Below, piece after piece: positions 52,214 through 61,646 of a stretch of 64,000 bases of DNA. Source of the stretch: an uncultured Armatimonadia bacterium (GTDB lineage: Bacteria > Armatimonadota > Zipacnadia > CAVVLO01). Location of the stretch: the NCBI GenBank assembly GCA_963749155.1, contig CAVVLO010000001.1, positions 256,001-320,000 on the forward strand. Direction: 5' to 3'. A model generated the notes under the pieces. That model was given only the letters and a program-made list of their open reading frames with translations, did not search any database and was not told where the DNA came from. Every line of letters begins with the position of its first letter. The stretch's first letter is position 1. The translations under genes were made by a program, and so were the position numbers.

Positions 52214-53440
52214 CTAGTTAGCCTGCTTTGCGCCCCTTGAATCAGGCGCAAGTTCTGCCACCAGTTGCTGCCAGGAGCCACTCTCGGTCTGATAGGTCGG
52301 CGGGGCTGGTTCAAGCCACTCCAACAGTACCTCTTTCAGCGCGAAGGCGAAAAAGTGGTTGCCGCTCGGGTTGTAGTGGCCGATGTAATAGCGCTGGATA
52401 TATTCCTCGGGCGTGATGCGGAAGTCGGCGAAGTCGCTTATATGGGCGCCCATCGAGTCCCAGAAAGGCCAGCCAGTTTTCGTCAGGAAATCCACGAGAG
52501 GCTGATCCCATCTGCGCTGCCCCTTGAGCGCGCAAAGCACATTGCCGAAGTCGTGAGAGAGGATAACCAGCAGCTTGCGTCCCTCGGCCTCGGCCCACTC
52601 GCGCATCCAGCCGAGGATGACCTCGGTCGCCTTGAGGGCCTCCAGCGTGAGTATCTCCTGAGCCAACCGCTTGTTGTCCTCGGGGGCGCCCCACTCACCG
52701 GCCAGTCCAAAAGCCTTCGCATGGGCCGCTAGCAACTCGCCTGCGTCCACCAGGCCCGTGTGCTGGGTATATATGGCTTGCGCGACAAAATCGGTCTTGA
52801 AAGTCTCGTAAATCCACTCCGAATCAGTCAGGTTATACAGCGACTCGGGAGTTGGGCATAAACTTGCTTCTTCAGAGAATCGCCCTGTGGCTGGATTGAA
52901 CTCCAGGTGGTCCCACGGATTGGCGTGGAACATCAGCGAGGCGACTTGCCTTGCGATTTCGGAGGGTTGCAACCTGATCATCCGCCAGGCATCCAGGCTC
53001 CGGTAATGGTCGTCGGGGAAGATATTGAAGAGGATATACTCGGCAGCCTGCTCCGTGGCCTCATGGCGCTGAAGACGCTTCCAGGCCTGATAAACCCCAT
53101 AACCGCCGACCCCATAATTGCGTATTGGCTCTCCGAAATGGGCGGCCAGATACTCTTGCCAGGTCTCGCCGTTGCTTACCTGGTGACACTGGGTGAAGCT
53201 GTCGCCATAGGTATTGATGCGGCAGGGACGATTTGCATAATTCACCCGCAATCGTTCGCCCGTCGGCTCATAATGGTAGATAGACAAGGCTCCGTCCATC
53301 CCATCCTGCATCACCGAATCGTGAAGCGTGTAGCCGAGTTCCGAATCGAACTGGGCCCACTTGGCGGCTTTGGGATCGAGAAAGCGGTCTACCTCTTCCC
53401 TCTTGCAAGTCACCGCTGAAACAAACTCATGAAAGTCCAT
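52214..53440 (-). CDS. SGNH-like hydrolase domain protein
   Basis: YGDSFT, NYGVGGYG, GHYNPSGN. Confidence 0.65.
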   Translation of the reverse strand: MDFHEFVSAVTCKREEVDRFLDPKAAKWAQFDSELGYTLHDSVMQDGMDGALSIYHYEPTGERLRVNYANRPCRINTYGDSFTQCHQVSNGETWQEYLAAHFGEPIRNYGVGGYGVYQAWKRLQRHEATEQAAEYILFNIFPDDHYRSLDAWRMIRLQPSEIARQVASLMFHANPWDHLEFNPATGRFSEEASLCPTPESLYNLTDSEWIYETFKTDFVAQAIYTQHTGLVDAGELLAAHAKAFGLAGEWGAPEDNKRLAQEILTLEALKATEVILGWMREWAEAEGRKLLVILSHDFGNVLCALKGQRRWDQPLVDFLTKTGWPFWDSMGAHISDFADFRITPEEYIQRYYIGHYNPSGNHFFAFALKEVLLEWLEPAPPTYQTESGSWQQLVAELAPDSRGAKQAN

Positions 53441-53487
53441 TGAAGAAACCTCCTCCCAGTGTTCGGAACCGGATTATGCTCCTTCGA

Positions 53488-53496
53488 TGCTATAAT
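53488..53496 (+). promoter_or_regulatory. Consensus extended -10 promoter
   Basis: TGcTATAAT facing an otherwise unannotated 240-bp plus-strand interval. Confidence 0.6.
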
Positions 53497-53585
53497 GAAT
53501 AGGAAGCCCGTGCAACCGGGCCAGGCAGGACTCGGCACGTTCTCCGGCACGTGAAAGACTCGGACCACGAGTGGGAGGCGGAGTT

Positions 53586-53738
53586 ATGCATCGCAGTGGT
53601 ACAGGACTTAAGGCACGCAGGCCAGTGTTTCAACTCGCGCGCCAAACCTGGCGCAAGCAGTCAGGAAAGGCAGAAACCCCAGAAGAACGATTTTCCCAGG
53701 AGGCAGGCCGCGTAAAGCGGCATCCCAAAAGCGCCTAA
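53586..53738 (+). CDS. Putative 50-aa basic small protein
   Basis: GGGAGG SD 7 nt before ATG; MHRSGTGLKARRPVFQLARQTWRKQSGKAETPEERFSQEAGRVKRHPKSA; stop overlaps the convergent gene's stop. Confidence 0.4.
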   Translation: MHRSGTGLKARRPVFQLARQTWRKQSGKAETPEERFSQEAGRVKRHPKSA

Positions 53739-54811
53739 GGCTGCCTCTCATAAAGCTTGAAGCGCCCCTCGACGCTGTTCCAGGCATCCGCTTCGCCAGT
53801 GCCTGTCAGCACCAGCACAAAGCGTTGGCCGTTTTGGCTTGTCCATTTGGGCGCAAAGTTGCCATAGAACAAGGTCGGGGGCTGACCGGGCAGGGCCAGC
53901 CCGTCCCAGTATTTGACCGTGTGCCACGGTCCCCAGGGCTCTTGCGCCTCGAAAAGGCCCAGATTGCCCTGATGGGTGGTGCCGTGCTCGGTCATTAACA
54001 GATAGCGCTTCAGCCCTGCGTTATAAATCACACTGCAGACTGGTCCTGCGCCAGCGGCATCTTCGAACACAGGCTGGCGCGCTGAGAGTTCCTGGGTCCA
54101 AAGGGGCGCGCCGGTTTCAGCGAATCCTGCAAAGGCCTGCCACTTTTCGGCCTCCCACAGGCCTGATCTCGGTGCCCGCAGCAGGTCCAGCCTGCCAGGT
54201 CGTTGGCAGTCCCATTTACCCTTTCCGTCCAGGCGTAGAAAATACGCATACACGTATTCATCTCTCGCCCCTTCATAGCCTCGCCCGAACTGACAGAAAG
54301 CAGGCATCGCCAGGCCCTCAACCTGGGTAAAGGCCCAGTCGGCCTGCTCCCAGGTATGCCCATCGTCCAGCGAACGCGCCAGGTGTGTCTGAGTGTAACT
54401 AGCTGCACCCGAACCGGGACCGAAAAACATGTAGAGAAACGTGTCCAGGGAGAGAAGGCCGTAGCTCTTGCCCGTCAGCGTCGCCGGCGCCTCGGGCTCG
54501 TTGCCGCCCCAGATGTTTTGCCCCTCGTAGCAGCACTTCTCCCCCAGGATGCGAGCCAGACCGAGACTTACCCGCCCTTCGGAATTCGTTCCCCCGAAAC
54601 CGCCGCCATCGCCCCAGGTGGCATACATATTGTCATCGGCGCCCCAGGTCAGTGGCCAGTTGTCGCTGCCGGGGGCAAGGACTTTGAGGGTTTTCCAGTC
54701 GAGAGTTATGTCCGCGATTAACTCGCTTGGGGGACAGGGGGCATCCGGAAAGCCGGCGCCTGGCGCCAGCAGAAGCAAGAGCAGCAAGCCGACCTTGATG
54801 AGGTTGGGCAA
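53735..54811 (-). CDS. Secreted DUF4185-like beta-propeller protein
   Basis: Signal peptide; GSDNWPLTW, WGDGGGF, Asp-box SLDDGHTW, YNAGLKRYL, EPWGPW. Confidence 0.65.
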   Translation of the reverse strand: MPNLIKVGLLLLLLLAPGAGFPDAPCPPSELIADITLDWKTLKVLAPGSDNWPLTWGADDNMYATWGDGGGFGGTNSEGRVSLGLARILGEKCCYEGQNIWGGNEPEAPATLTGKSYGLLSLDTFLYMFFGPGSGAASYTQTHLARSLDDGHTWEQADWAFTQVEGLAMPAFCQFGRGYEGARDEYVYAYFLRLDGKGKWDCQRPGRLDLLRAPRSGLWEAEKWQAFAGFAETGAPLWTQELSARQPVFEDAAGAGPVCSVIYNAGLKRYLLMTEHGTTHQGNLGLFEAQEPWGPWHTVKYWDGLALPGQPPTLFYGNFAPKWTSQNGQRFVLVLTGTGEADAWNSVEGRFKLYERQP

Positions 54812-54954
54812 GTGTTACCTCCCTGACGTGAGGCTGCCTGCTTACTTATTATACAACGGTATTGGCGCTTCAGAACTGGCCTTTTTCGAGGGCATCACGT
54901 GCCGCCTCCGCAAGCTGCCCGCCCAGCTCGCGCCAGGAGAGCAGACTGTTACCC

Positions 54955-55726
54955 TTATGGGGTACAGGCAGGCTTGGGAAGCCTGCGCTCAAGGTCCACT
55001 TCTCCGGTCATCAGGCCAGTGCAATGCAGCCCGGCATGAGCCACAATCTGTCCCATCGGGTCAAGCAGGTAACTGTCTCCATAGCCTACCCCGTTATAGC
55101 TGAAGCCAGCATCCTCTGTGCCGCCTGCCGTGTTGGCCCTGAGGAACCAGACGCCGTTCTCGACGGCCCGCGCGACATGGTCATGACGCACCATATAGAA
55201 ATGCGGGACCACCCAGCCCTTCTCCAGGAAGTTGTAATGAGGCGCAAATATGATGCGAGCCCCTTTGAGCGCCAAGATCCGGCTCGGTTCTATGAAGGCG
55301 CCATCCGCACAGATGATGACGCCAAATTTCGTCCCCTTGCGCTCGAAGACGGGGAACTCTCGCCCGGGAGTGGTGAAGGCAAAACAGGGGAAGGCCTTGC
55401 TGTAGCGCCCGAGCAGCTTGCCGCGTTCGGCCACCAGTACCGTGTTGTAGAGGGCCTCGCCTCGCAGCTCGTTGAAGCCCACCATGAAAGTGGCTTCGAA
55501 CCTGGCTGTCGCCTCGAGCAACTTCTCAATCTGAGGACTAGTGAAGGCAAAAGCTGTCCTCCTGGCGTCTTCCTCGCGCTCGAAATAGCCTGTCAAGCAG
55601 CGACTCGGGGAAGGCCAGTATCTCGACGCCCTCCTTTTCACCCGCCTCCAGCCCCTTGAGCACGGTGGCCAGATTCGCCTCGAAGTCGCCGTGGACACTG
55701 TTGCACTGATAACAACCGACTTTCAT
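54955..55726 (-). CDS. Carbon-nitrogen hydrolase (nitrilase family); frameshift near 55600
   Basis: Catalytic triad context FPES / YSK / ICAD; ARAVENG. Confidence 0.85.
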
Positions 55727-55750
55727 GTTTCCCTTCCTCGGGCGCAGATT

Positions 55751-57268
55751 CTACTGCTCCTCCTCCACCTCAATCATCAGCAGCATATGCGGATTGCTGT
55801 CCAGATAGACCTCCGGTGGATTGCCGTGCAACTCATACTGGTACCACTCCGACTGACACTCGATGTTTATGGTAAAGGTCTTCGAGTCGCCGTATACATT
55901 GCGCACGGTCGGCACCTTCCACTCGAACACATCGCCAATCAGGTTGGGATGGGCGCCCGAGTTCTTCACTGTGCCTGGGTTGTCGTAAGCCTTCCAGGTG
56001 TAAGCCTCTTTCACCATCATCGTGCGGTGCTCGTAAGGCCCCCCGTAGAGTGTCGAGGTATAATGCAGCTCGAAGGGATTCTCGGTGATGATGTTCACAT
56101 TGTCGCCCCGATATTTATGGTCGGTGCATATGTACCGGTAGGTCTGGTAGAGCAGCACCTGGAGAGTCAGCACACCGCTGGAGGGCACCTGGACGACGTT
56201 GTTGCCTGGATACTTCATCTCCTTTCCGTTCACCCAGAGCTTCTGGTTGCCGTCCGTGCGCACCAGCACTTCCTTGCGGCCCGGCTGATAGGTGCGCTCG
56301 CCCTGCAGCAGTTCGACAAGCCACTGGTGACGTTGCTCGGCGGACAGGTATCGCACCTGCTCCCACCAGTTGAGGTAGTTCTTGCCCCAGTCGGCCGGTC
56401 GCACGCCCCCGGTGATCTCGAGACACTCGGCTCGCAGGCCGTGGAAGTCCTCTGTGCTGATGCGGCCGCAGTCCAGATCCCAGTCTTCCATATGCTCAGG
56501 GTTGAGTATGAAGTCGATGGTGTCCGCGAGGCACTTGTCCACGATGGACTGCCAATCCGAGCGCAGCATAGAGACTGTTAGTTGGACCTGGTTCGCCGCG
56601 GCCACTTCGGCCACCAGCTTCCCCCGCATCACCTTTACGCTGCCTTCGAGTTCCTTCTGAGAGATGCCCGAGACTGACGAGACCAGCCAGTAAGGGATGT
56701 CGAAGGCGATCTTGTCCTCCGGCTTGCGCAAACTCTTCGTCAGGTAGGCGGTGAACTGGATCTCCATTGCGGCATGCTTGGCCTTGCCACCGCTGTCGAG
56801 GAACTCGTAGATGTCTCCGCACTGGGCGTTCACCTTGGGGTGGATGGCCAGGTCGACCGCACAGTGGCTCAGCCAGCCAAGTCCAAAGGCCATCGCTTTT
56901 TCGGCCTCTTTCAGCTTTCCAGCGCGCTTCGGGTCGCTAGCGGGAAGCTTGGCAGCGGCTTCCCAGGCGTCTTCTGCCTGGTTTATGAGCCTCTGCGGTA
57001 GCTCTGTAGTCTGTCCATAATGGGCCTTGGCAACCAGGCAGGCCAGGTCAGGAGCAATGGCGCCATTACAAAAAGCATTGAGGCACGAAGGCTCTCGTAG
57101 CAGCACTCCTAGTTCATCGGCCTCCACCATATATTTGAGTTTTTCGGCGGAGCGTTTGGCGATGTAGAAATGCCCCACTCCGCCCGCCGCGTTCGCCACC
57201 GAGGCTAACAGGCTGAACAGCAGGGCCAGGAGAATCCAGAACGTTAGCAGCTTGCCAGATTGAGACAC
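55751..57268 (-). CDS. Secreted Zn-dependent phospholipase C-like protein with unknown C-terminal domain
   Basis: Signal peptide ending ANA; GH, GAIAPD, GWLSHCAVDLAIH, HAAME Zn-ligand pattern. Confidence 0.7.
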   Translation of the reverse strand: MSQSGKLLTFWILLALLFSLLASVANAAGGVGHFYIAKRSAEKLKYMVEADELGVLLREPSCLNAFCNGAIAPDLACLVAKAHYGQTTELPQRLINQAEDAWEAAAKLPASDPKRAGKLKEAEKAMAFGLGWLSHCAVDLAIHPKVNAQCGDIYEFLDSGGKAKHAAMEIQFTAYLTKSLRKPEDKIAFDIPYWLVSSVSGISQKELEGSVKVMRGKLVAEVAAANQVQLTVSMLRSDWQSIVDKCLADTIDFILNPEHMEDWDLDCGRISTEDFHGLRAECLEITGGVRPADWGKNYLNWWEQVRYLSAEQRHQWLVELLQGERTYQPGRKEVLVRTDGNQKLWVNGKEMKYPGNNVVQVPSSGVLTLQVLLYQTYRYICTDHKYRGDNVNIITENPFELHYTSTLYGGPYEHRTMMVKEAYTWKAYDNPGTVKNSGAHPNLIGDVFEWKVPTVRNVYGDSKTFTINIECQSEWYQYELHGNPPEVYLDSNPHMLLMIEVEEEQ

Positions 57269-57312
57269 TAGTAACCTCCCCAGAACCAGGGCTCGGTGTC
57301 ACTTGCACTCTC

Positions 57313-57388
57313 TTTCGACTTCTGCAAGGCGTCTTCCTCCCACTGCCTCTCAAGCTGGCAAGGGGGAGAGTGACCTCGCGCATCGAAA
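57313..57388. promoter_or_regulatory. Divergent sigmaH-like motif variants
   Basis: Minus GGAGGA-N18-GAAA (57340-57313); plus GGGGGA-N17-GAAA (57362-57388). Confidence 0.35.
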
Positions 57389-57450
57389 CAGGCCCCTGTA
57401 AGGTCTTGTATCTAGCGAGGTGACTAGTGATGTCTGTGAGGTGCGCTGGG

Positions 57451-58494
57451 ATGGAGTTCGCTGTGCTGGTTATCCTGTTTTCCGGCTTGTGGCTGCTGGG
57501 TGGCTTTGCCGTAGCCGACGATGAAATGACCTGGGTGGATGCCCACACCCTTACCGTCGAGGGCCAGGGCTGGACCGAAACCGAGGCTCCCTGGGACCGC
57601 CTGCCTGCCAAAGCCCAGGGTGTGGTCCGCGACGTGGTCTGGCAAATTGGAAAAGAGACAGCAGGCATATGCGTGCGTTTCCAGACAAGCGCTACGACGC
57701 TGCGCGTGCGGTGGGAGGTAGGCCCGAACCTGGCGATGCCACATATGCCTGCCACCGGCGTCAGCGGTGTGGATCTCTACGCGAAGACCGATACAGGTTG
57801 GCGATTCGTAAACAATGGGCGACCAGGTAGTCAGGTAAACGAGGCAGCTTTTGCGCCAGGCCAGGCGCCCGAACTGTGCCTTTATCTGCCCCTTTACAAC
57901 GTGACCAAATCGGTGCAGATCGGTATCCCGGCGGGTGAGACTATCACTCCCGCGCCGGTGCGCGGCAAGCCGATTGTCTTTTATGGTACCTCCATTACTC
58001 AAGGGGGATGCGCCTCAAGGCCCGGGATGGCCGCCACCAATATCGTCGGGCGCAAGTTGCAGATGCCAACCCTCAACCTGGGCTTCTCGGGCAGCGCATG
58101 GAGCGAGCCTGAGATGGCCGATTTGATGGCCGAACTCGACCCGGCGGTCTACGTCCTGGACCCGTTATGGAATATGTCGCCCGATATGGTGCGAGACAAG
58201 ATACCTCCCTTCGTGCATATCTTGCGCGCCGCTCATCCGACGACACCCATCCTGCTGGTGGAGGACTGCACTATCCGGGGCATCATCCCGACTGAGATGG
58301 GCAAGGTGCTGCGCGACGTCTACGCAAAACTCCAGGAGGAAGGCGTGCCTGAGGTGTACTTCCTGTCGGCCGAGGGGATGCTCGGGCCTGATGATGAGGG
58401 CACGGTGGATGGCGTCCACGCGACAGACCTTGGCTTTATGTACCAGGCCGAGGCCTTCGCGAAAGCCTTGCGACCTATACTGGGGCTCGAATAA
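57451..58494 (+). CDS. Secreted SGNH/GDSL esterase with N-terminal GxDLY domain
   Basis: SGVDLY, YLPLYN, YGTSITQG, NLGFSG, DGVH. Confidence 0.9.
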   Translation: MEFAVLVILFSGLWLLGGFAVADDEMTWVDAHTLTVEGQGWTETEAPWDRLPAKAQGVVRDVVWQIGKETAGICVRFQTSATTLRVRWEVGPNLAMPHMPATGVSGVDLYAKTDTGWRFVNNGRPGSQVNEAAFAPGQAPELCLYLPLYNVTKSVQIGIPAGETITPAPVRGKPIVFYGTSITQGGCASRPGMAATNIVGRKLQMPTLNLGFSGSAWSEPEMADLMAELDPAVYVLDPLWNMSPDMVRDKIPPFVHILRAAHPTTPILLVEDCTIRGIIPTEMGKVLRDVYAKLQEEGVPEVYFLSAEGMLGPDDEGTVDGVHATDLGFMYQAEAFAKALRPILGLE

Positions 58495-58545
58495 GTAGTC
58501 AGAAGCCTTGAAATCGAATCAACTCACCTGACCGGAGGCCTTACG

Positions 58546-60520
58546 ATGCCGAAGTTGGAATTTCCAAAGCGCACAGTCCATCTCGATTTCCACACCGGAC
58601 CCTGGGTGCCAGATGTCGGTTGGGATTTTGACCCTGATGAGTTCGCAGCCGCCTTCAAGCGCGCCCACGTGGACAGTGTCACCGTCTTCGCGAAGTGCCA
58701 TCATGGGCAGCTCTACTATCAGACCGAGCATCCAGCGCGCCATCCGAGCCTGCCAGCAGGCCTCGACCTCACCGGCCAGCAGATTGAAGCGCTGCACAAA
58801 GTCGGCATCCGGGCGCCTCTCTATATCAGCGTCCAGTGCGATGAGTTCGCCGCCAATACCCATCCCGAATGGATTTGCCTGGATGCCGAGGGGCGCCAGG
58901 TGCATTCCGGCGGGCCGCTCAATGCCGCCTGGCAGATAGTGGATATGTCCAGCCCCTATCAGGACTATCTCGCAGAGCAAATCCAGGAGGTGCTGGACCG
59001 CTTTGCGCCGGTGGATGGGCTCTTCCTTGATATGTGCTGGGACCAGCCAAGTCTGTCGAAGTGGGCTCTTGCGGGGATGAAGCAGCAGGGCTTCGACCCC
59101 AAGATTGAGGCCGACCGGTTGCAGTATTCCCGCTGGGTCGTGCATCAATATATGGCGCGCTTCAAGGCGATGCTGGATAAAGCTCAGCCGAAGTCGAAAC
59201 CCGCTGGCGTGTGGTTCAACAGCCGCCCCAAGACGAACCTCGACTACGAGCAACGCTTCCTCAGACACGTGGAGATAGAGGCCCTGCCGACCGGCGGGTG
59301 GGGGTATATGTACTTCCCGTACGTGGCGCGGTTCGTTAGGCCCCTTGGCCTGCCCACACTGAGCCATACGGGGCGGTTCTTCAAGAGCTGGGGCGACAAT
59401 ACTTCGCTCAAGCCCGAGGCGGCCCTGAAGTACGAGTGCTGCCAGATCCTCAGCCAGGGGATGACCCTCGGCGTAGGCGATCTCCTCCACCCGCGCGGAG
59501 TACCCAGCCCTGCCGTCTACGACCTGATTGGGAAGGTCTACAGCTACATCGAGCAGTGCGAGCCCTGGGTCGAGGGGGGCAAGCTGGCAAGTCAGATCGC
59601 CCTGGTGATGCCTCCAGAGCTAGGCGACAATCCCGGCCCTTCCGGCCTTGGCGCAACGCGGGCGCTGGTGCAGCTTCAGCACCAGTTCGATGTCGTTTCG
59701 CCCACTGCGGACCTGTCAGGATACGAGCTGGTTATCGTCCCCGAGTGCACCCGCGTGGAGGCGGGGTTTGGAGACTCGCTGAAGACTTATCTGGCTCAGG
59801 GAGGCGCTCTGCTGATTGTCGGCCCGGCCGCGCTGGATGAAGCGGGGAAGCCTGTGCTGGCTGAGCTTGGCATCCAGGCGCATGGAGAAAGCCCTTACAG
59901 CCATACCTTCCTGCGGGCGGGCAAACAGGTGAGGGCCGGCCTTGCGGACTACGACTATGTGATGTATGACCGTGGCTTCAGGATGACCCCTGCGAAGGGC
60001 GCGACCTCGCTGGTGAAGGTCGGCGAGCCCTACTTCGAGCGCGCCTGGGATCACTTCTCCGGTCACGAATACACTCCGGAAGACAAGCTGTCGAAGTATT
60101 CCGCAGTGGTGCAGCACGGGAAGGCCATCACGGTCTCGGTACCGCTGCTCGAGGCATACGGAAGGCATGCGGCGCCCAACTACCGCACGTTGCTTGCCAA
60201 CCTCATCTCTCTGCTGTTGCCGAAACCACTGGTAAAAGCCGAGGGCCCAAGCGCGCTGCAGACGACGGTCGTGAAGCGCGGCAAGCGCACCCTCGTGCAC
60301 GTGCTGAGCTATCTGCCCGAGCGCCGCGCGGACGGCCTCGACCTCGTGGAGGAGCCCTTCCCGCTGGTGGATATGCCGCTTTCGATCAAACTGGACGCCG
60401 CCCCGAAGCGTGTCTTCCTCGCCCCTGAAGAGCGCGAAGTGCCCTTCAAGTGGGACGGACGAATACGCTACGGTAAAACTGACCTGCCTGACCGGCCATG
60501 TGATGGTGGTGGCGGAGTAG
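58546..60520 (+). CDS. GHL6-type (alpha-L-fucosidase-like) glycoside hydrolase with trimerisation-like domain; frameshift near 60460
   Basis: VHLDFHT, FAKCHHG, DGLFLD, EALPTGGWGY, VGDLLHPRG; the alternative frame ends ..GHVMVVAE* at 60520. Confidence 0.78.
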
Positions 60521-60529
60521 GAGCCAACC

Positions 60530-61030
60530 TTACTTCTTCTTCCGGTCGGCCATCGGCGTGGCGCTGGTGGCGATGCTGAAGGGGCCGCGTTTCTCGTGGC
60601 CGCAGAGTTCGCATTTTACGATTTCGAGGCCGCTGTATTGTCGTTCCGTCACGTGAGTAAGCAGTCTGCACCGCTCGCAAAAGACCCACTGCCGGTTGGG
60701 GTTCTGGATGCAGGCGGGGCAGAGCCCGACGCCAGCAAAGCCGAAGGGCGCGGCTACTTGGCCAGGCTGTGAGAGGGACGCCTGACCGTAACGCAGCGCC
60801 GGAGGCAGCACATTGTCGTCGAAGTGCTGGAATCCGAAAAGGGTGTAGCGACCGGTCTCATCCACCGATTGCAAGGTTACGAAATAGAGGTGGTATAGGG
60901 GACAGAGGGTCAGCAGGCGCACGCCCGCGAAGCCGAACGGCTCTGCCGGAATAACACTGCGCCGCCTGATGAGGCGAGGCTGCTCCTCGTCCGGCTGCAG
61001 GTTGTCATCGCCCAACACCACGCGCCTCAT
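60530..61030 (-). CDS. Cys-rich metal-binding protein, TerY-C-like
   Basis: LCP..YF, then GLCPAC, WVFCERC, KCELCGH; ATGA overlap with the RING gene. Confidence 0.55.
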   Translation of the reverse strand: MRRVVLGDDNLQPDEEQPRLIRRRSVIPAEPFGFAGVRLLTLCPLYHLYFVTLQSVDETGRYTLFGFQHFDDNVLPPALRYGQASLSQPGQVAAPFGFAGVGLCPACIQNPNRQWVFCERCRLLTHVTERQYSGLEIVKCELCGHEKRGPFSIATSATPMADRKKK

Positions 61031-61545
61031 TCCTCACCCTCCCGACCCCTGCGTCTGGTGGCGCGCAAGTGGGTGGTAACCCCGTCGAGCCAAGGCAGGA
61101 CCACGATCAGGCTCCACACAAAAGCTCCAGCCAGGGCAACTTCCATCACTGTCTGAGGCCCTCCGCGCAGCCCCAGTAGCACCAAGAACCCCGAGCCCGC
61201 TGCCACTACCAGCAACAGCGCCAGTATTGCCCAGTAGGCGCAGGTCAGGAGCAGTCTCGCGCCTGTGAGTTCGGAGCCTGCCCGGCGGGCCCTGCGTAGG
61301 CCCTGTTCCTGCCCGGGCGCGAGGGGGAGCCTTCCTCCGACGGGCACGAAGTTGGTATTGGGAGAAACCTCGAGGGTGGCGTGGCGGGCTTCCGGGTTGG
61401 CCGACCGGCACCCGTAGACCGCGCAACCGCCGTTCTCCTCCCAGCACTCGCTGTGATGCGGCACTTGGCAGGAGGGGCAGACGACCTCCTCGTCCCTCGG
61501 AGTCACCTCGGTCTGGCAGTAAGGGCATAGCTTCCGGCTGCTCAA
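61027..61545 (-). CDS. Prokaryotic RING finger (Prok-RING_1-like) protein with two C-terminal TM helices
   Basis: CPYC..VCPSC..HHSECWEENGGCAVYGC; TTG start after SD GGAGG. Confidence 0.8.
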   Translation of the reverse strand: MSSRKLCPYCQTEVTPRDEEVVCPSCQVPHHSECWEENGGCAVYGCRSANPEARHATLEVSPNTNFVPVGGRLPLAPGQEQGLRRARRAGSELTGARLLLTCAYWAILALLLVVAAGSGFLVLLGLRGGPQTVMEVALAGAFVWSLIVVLPWLDGVTTHLRATRRRGREGEE

Positions 61546-61589
61546 AGCGGTCGCGCCTCCGGCTTCCAGTATACCTCAGCTCGGGCACA

Positions 61590-61620
61590 AGAAGGGGGAG
61601 CCTTTGGGGCTCCCCCTTTC
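61590..61620 (-). terminator. Terminator after the GH38 gene
   Basis: AAGGGGGAGCC/GGCTCCCCCTT stem. Confidence 0.65.
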
Positions 61621-61646
61621 TGTGTTGCTTCACTTGGTGGTAGCTG

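Noticed and set aside
53498..53680. Cobalamin riboswitch or 6S RNA
   Set aside because: AATAGGAAGCCCGTGCAACCGGGC only loosely resembles the B12 core, the GCAACTGT/GCCACTG/AGACC elements are missing, and I saw no long 6S-like rod pairing
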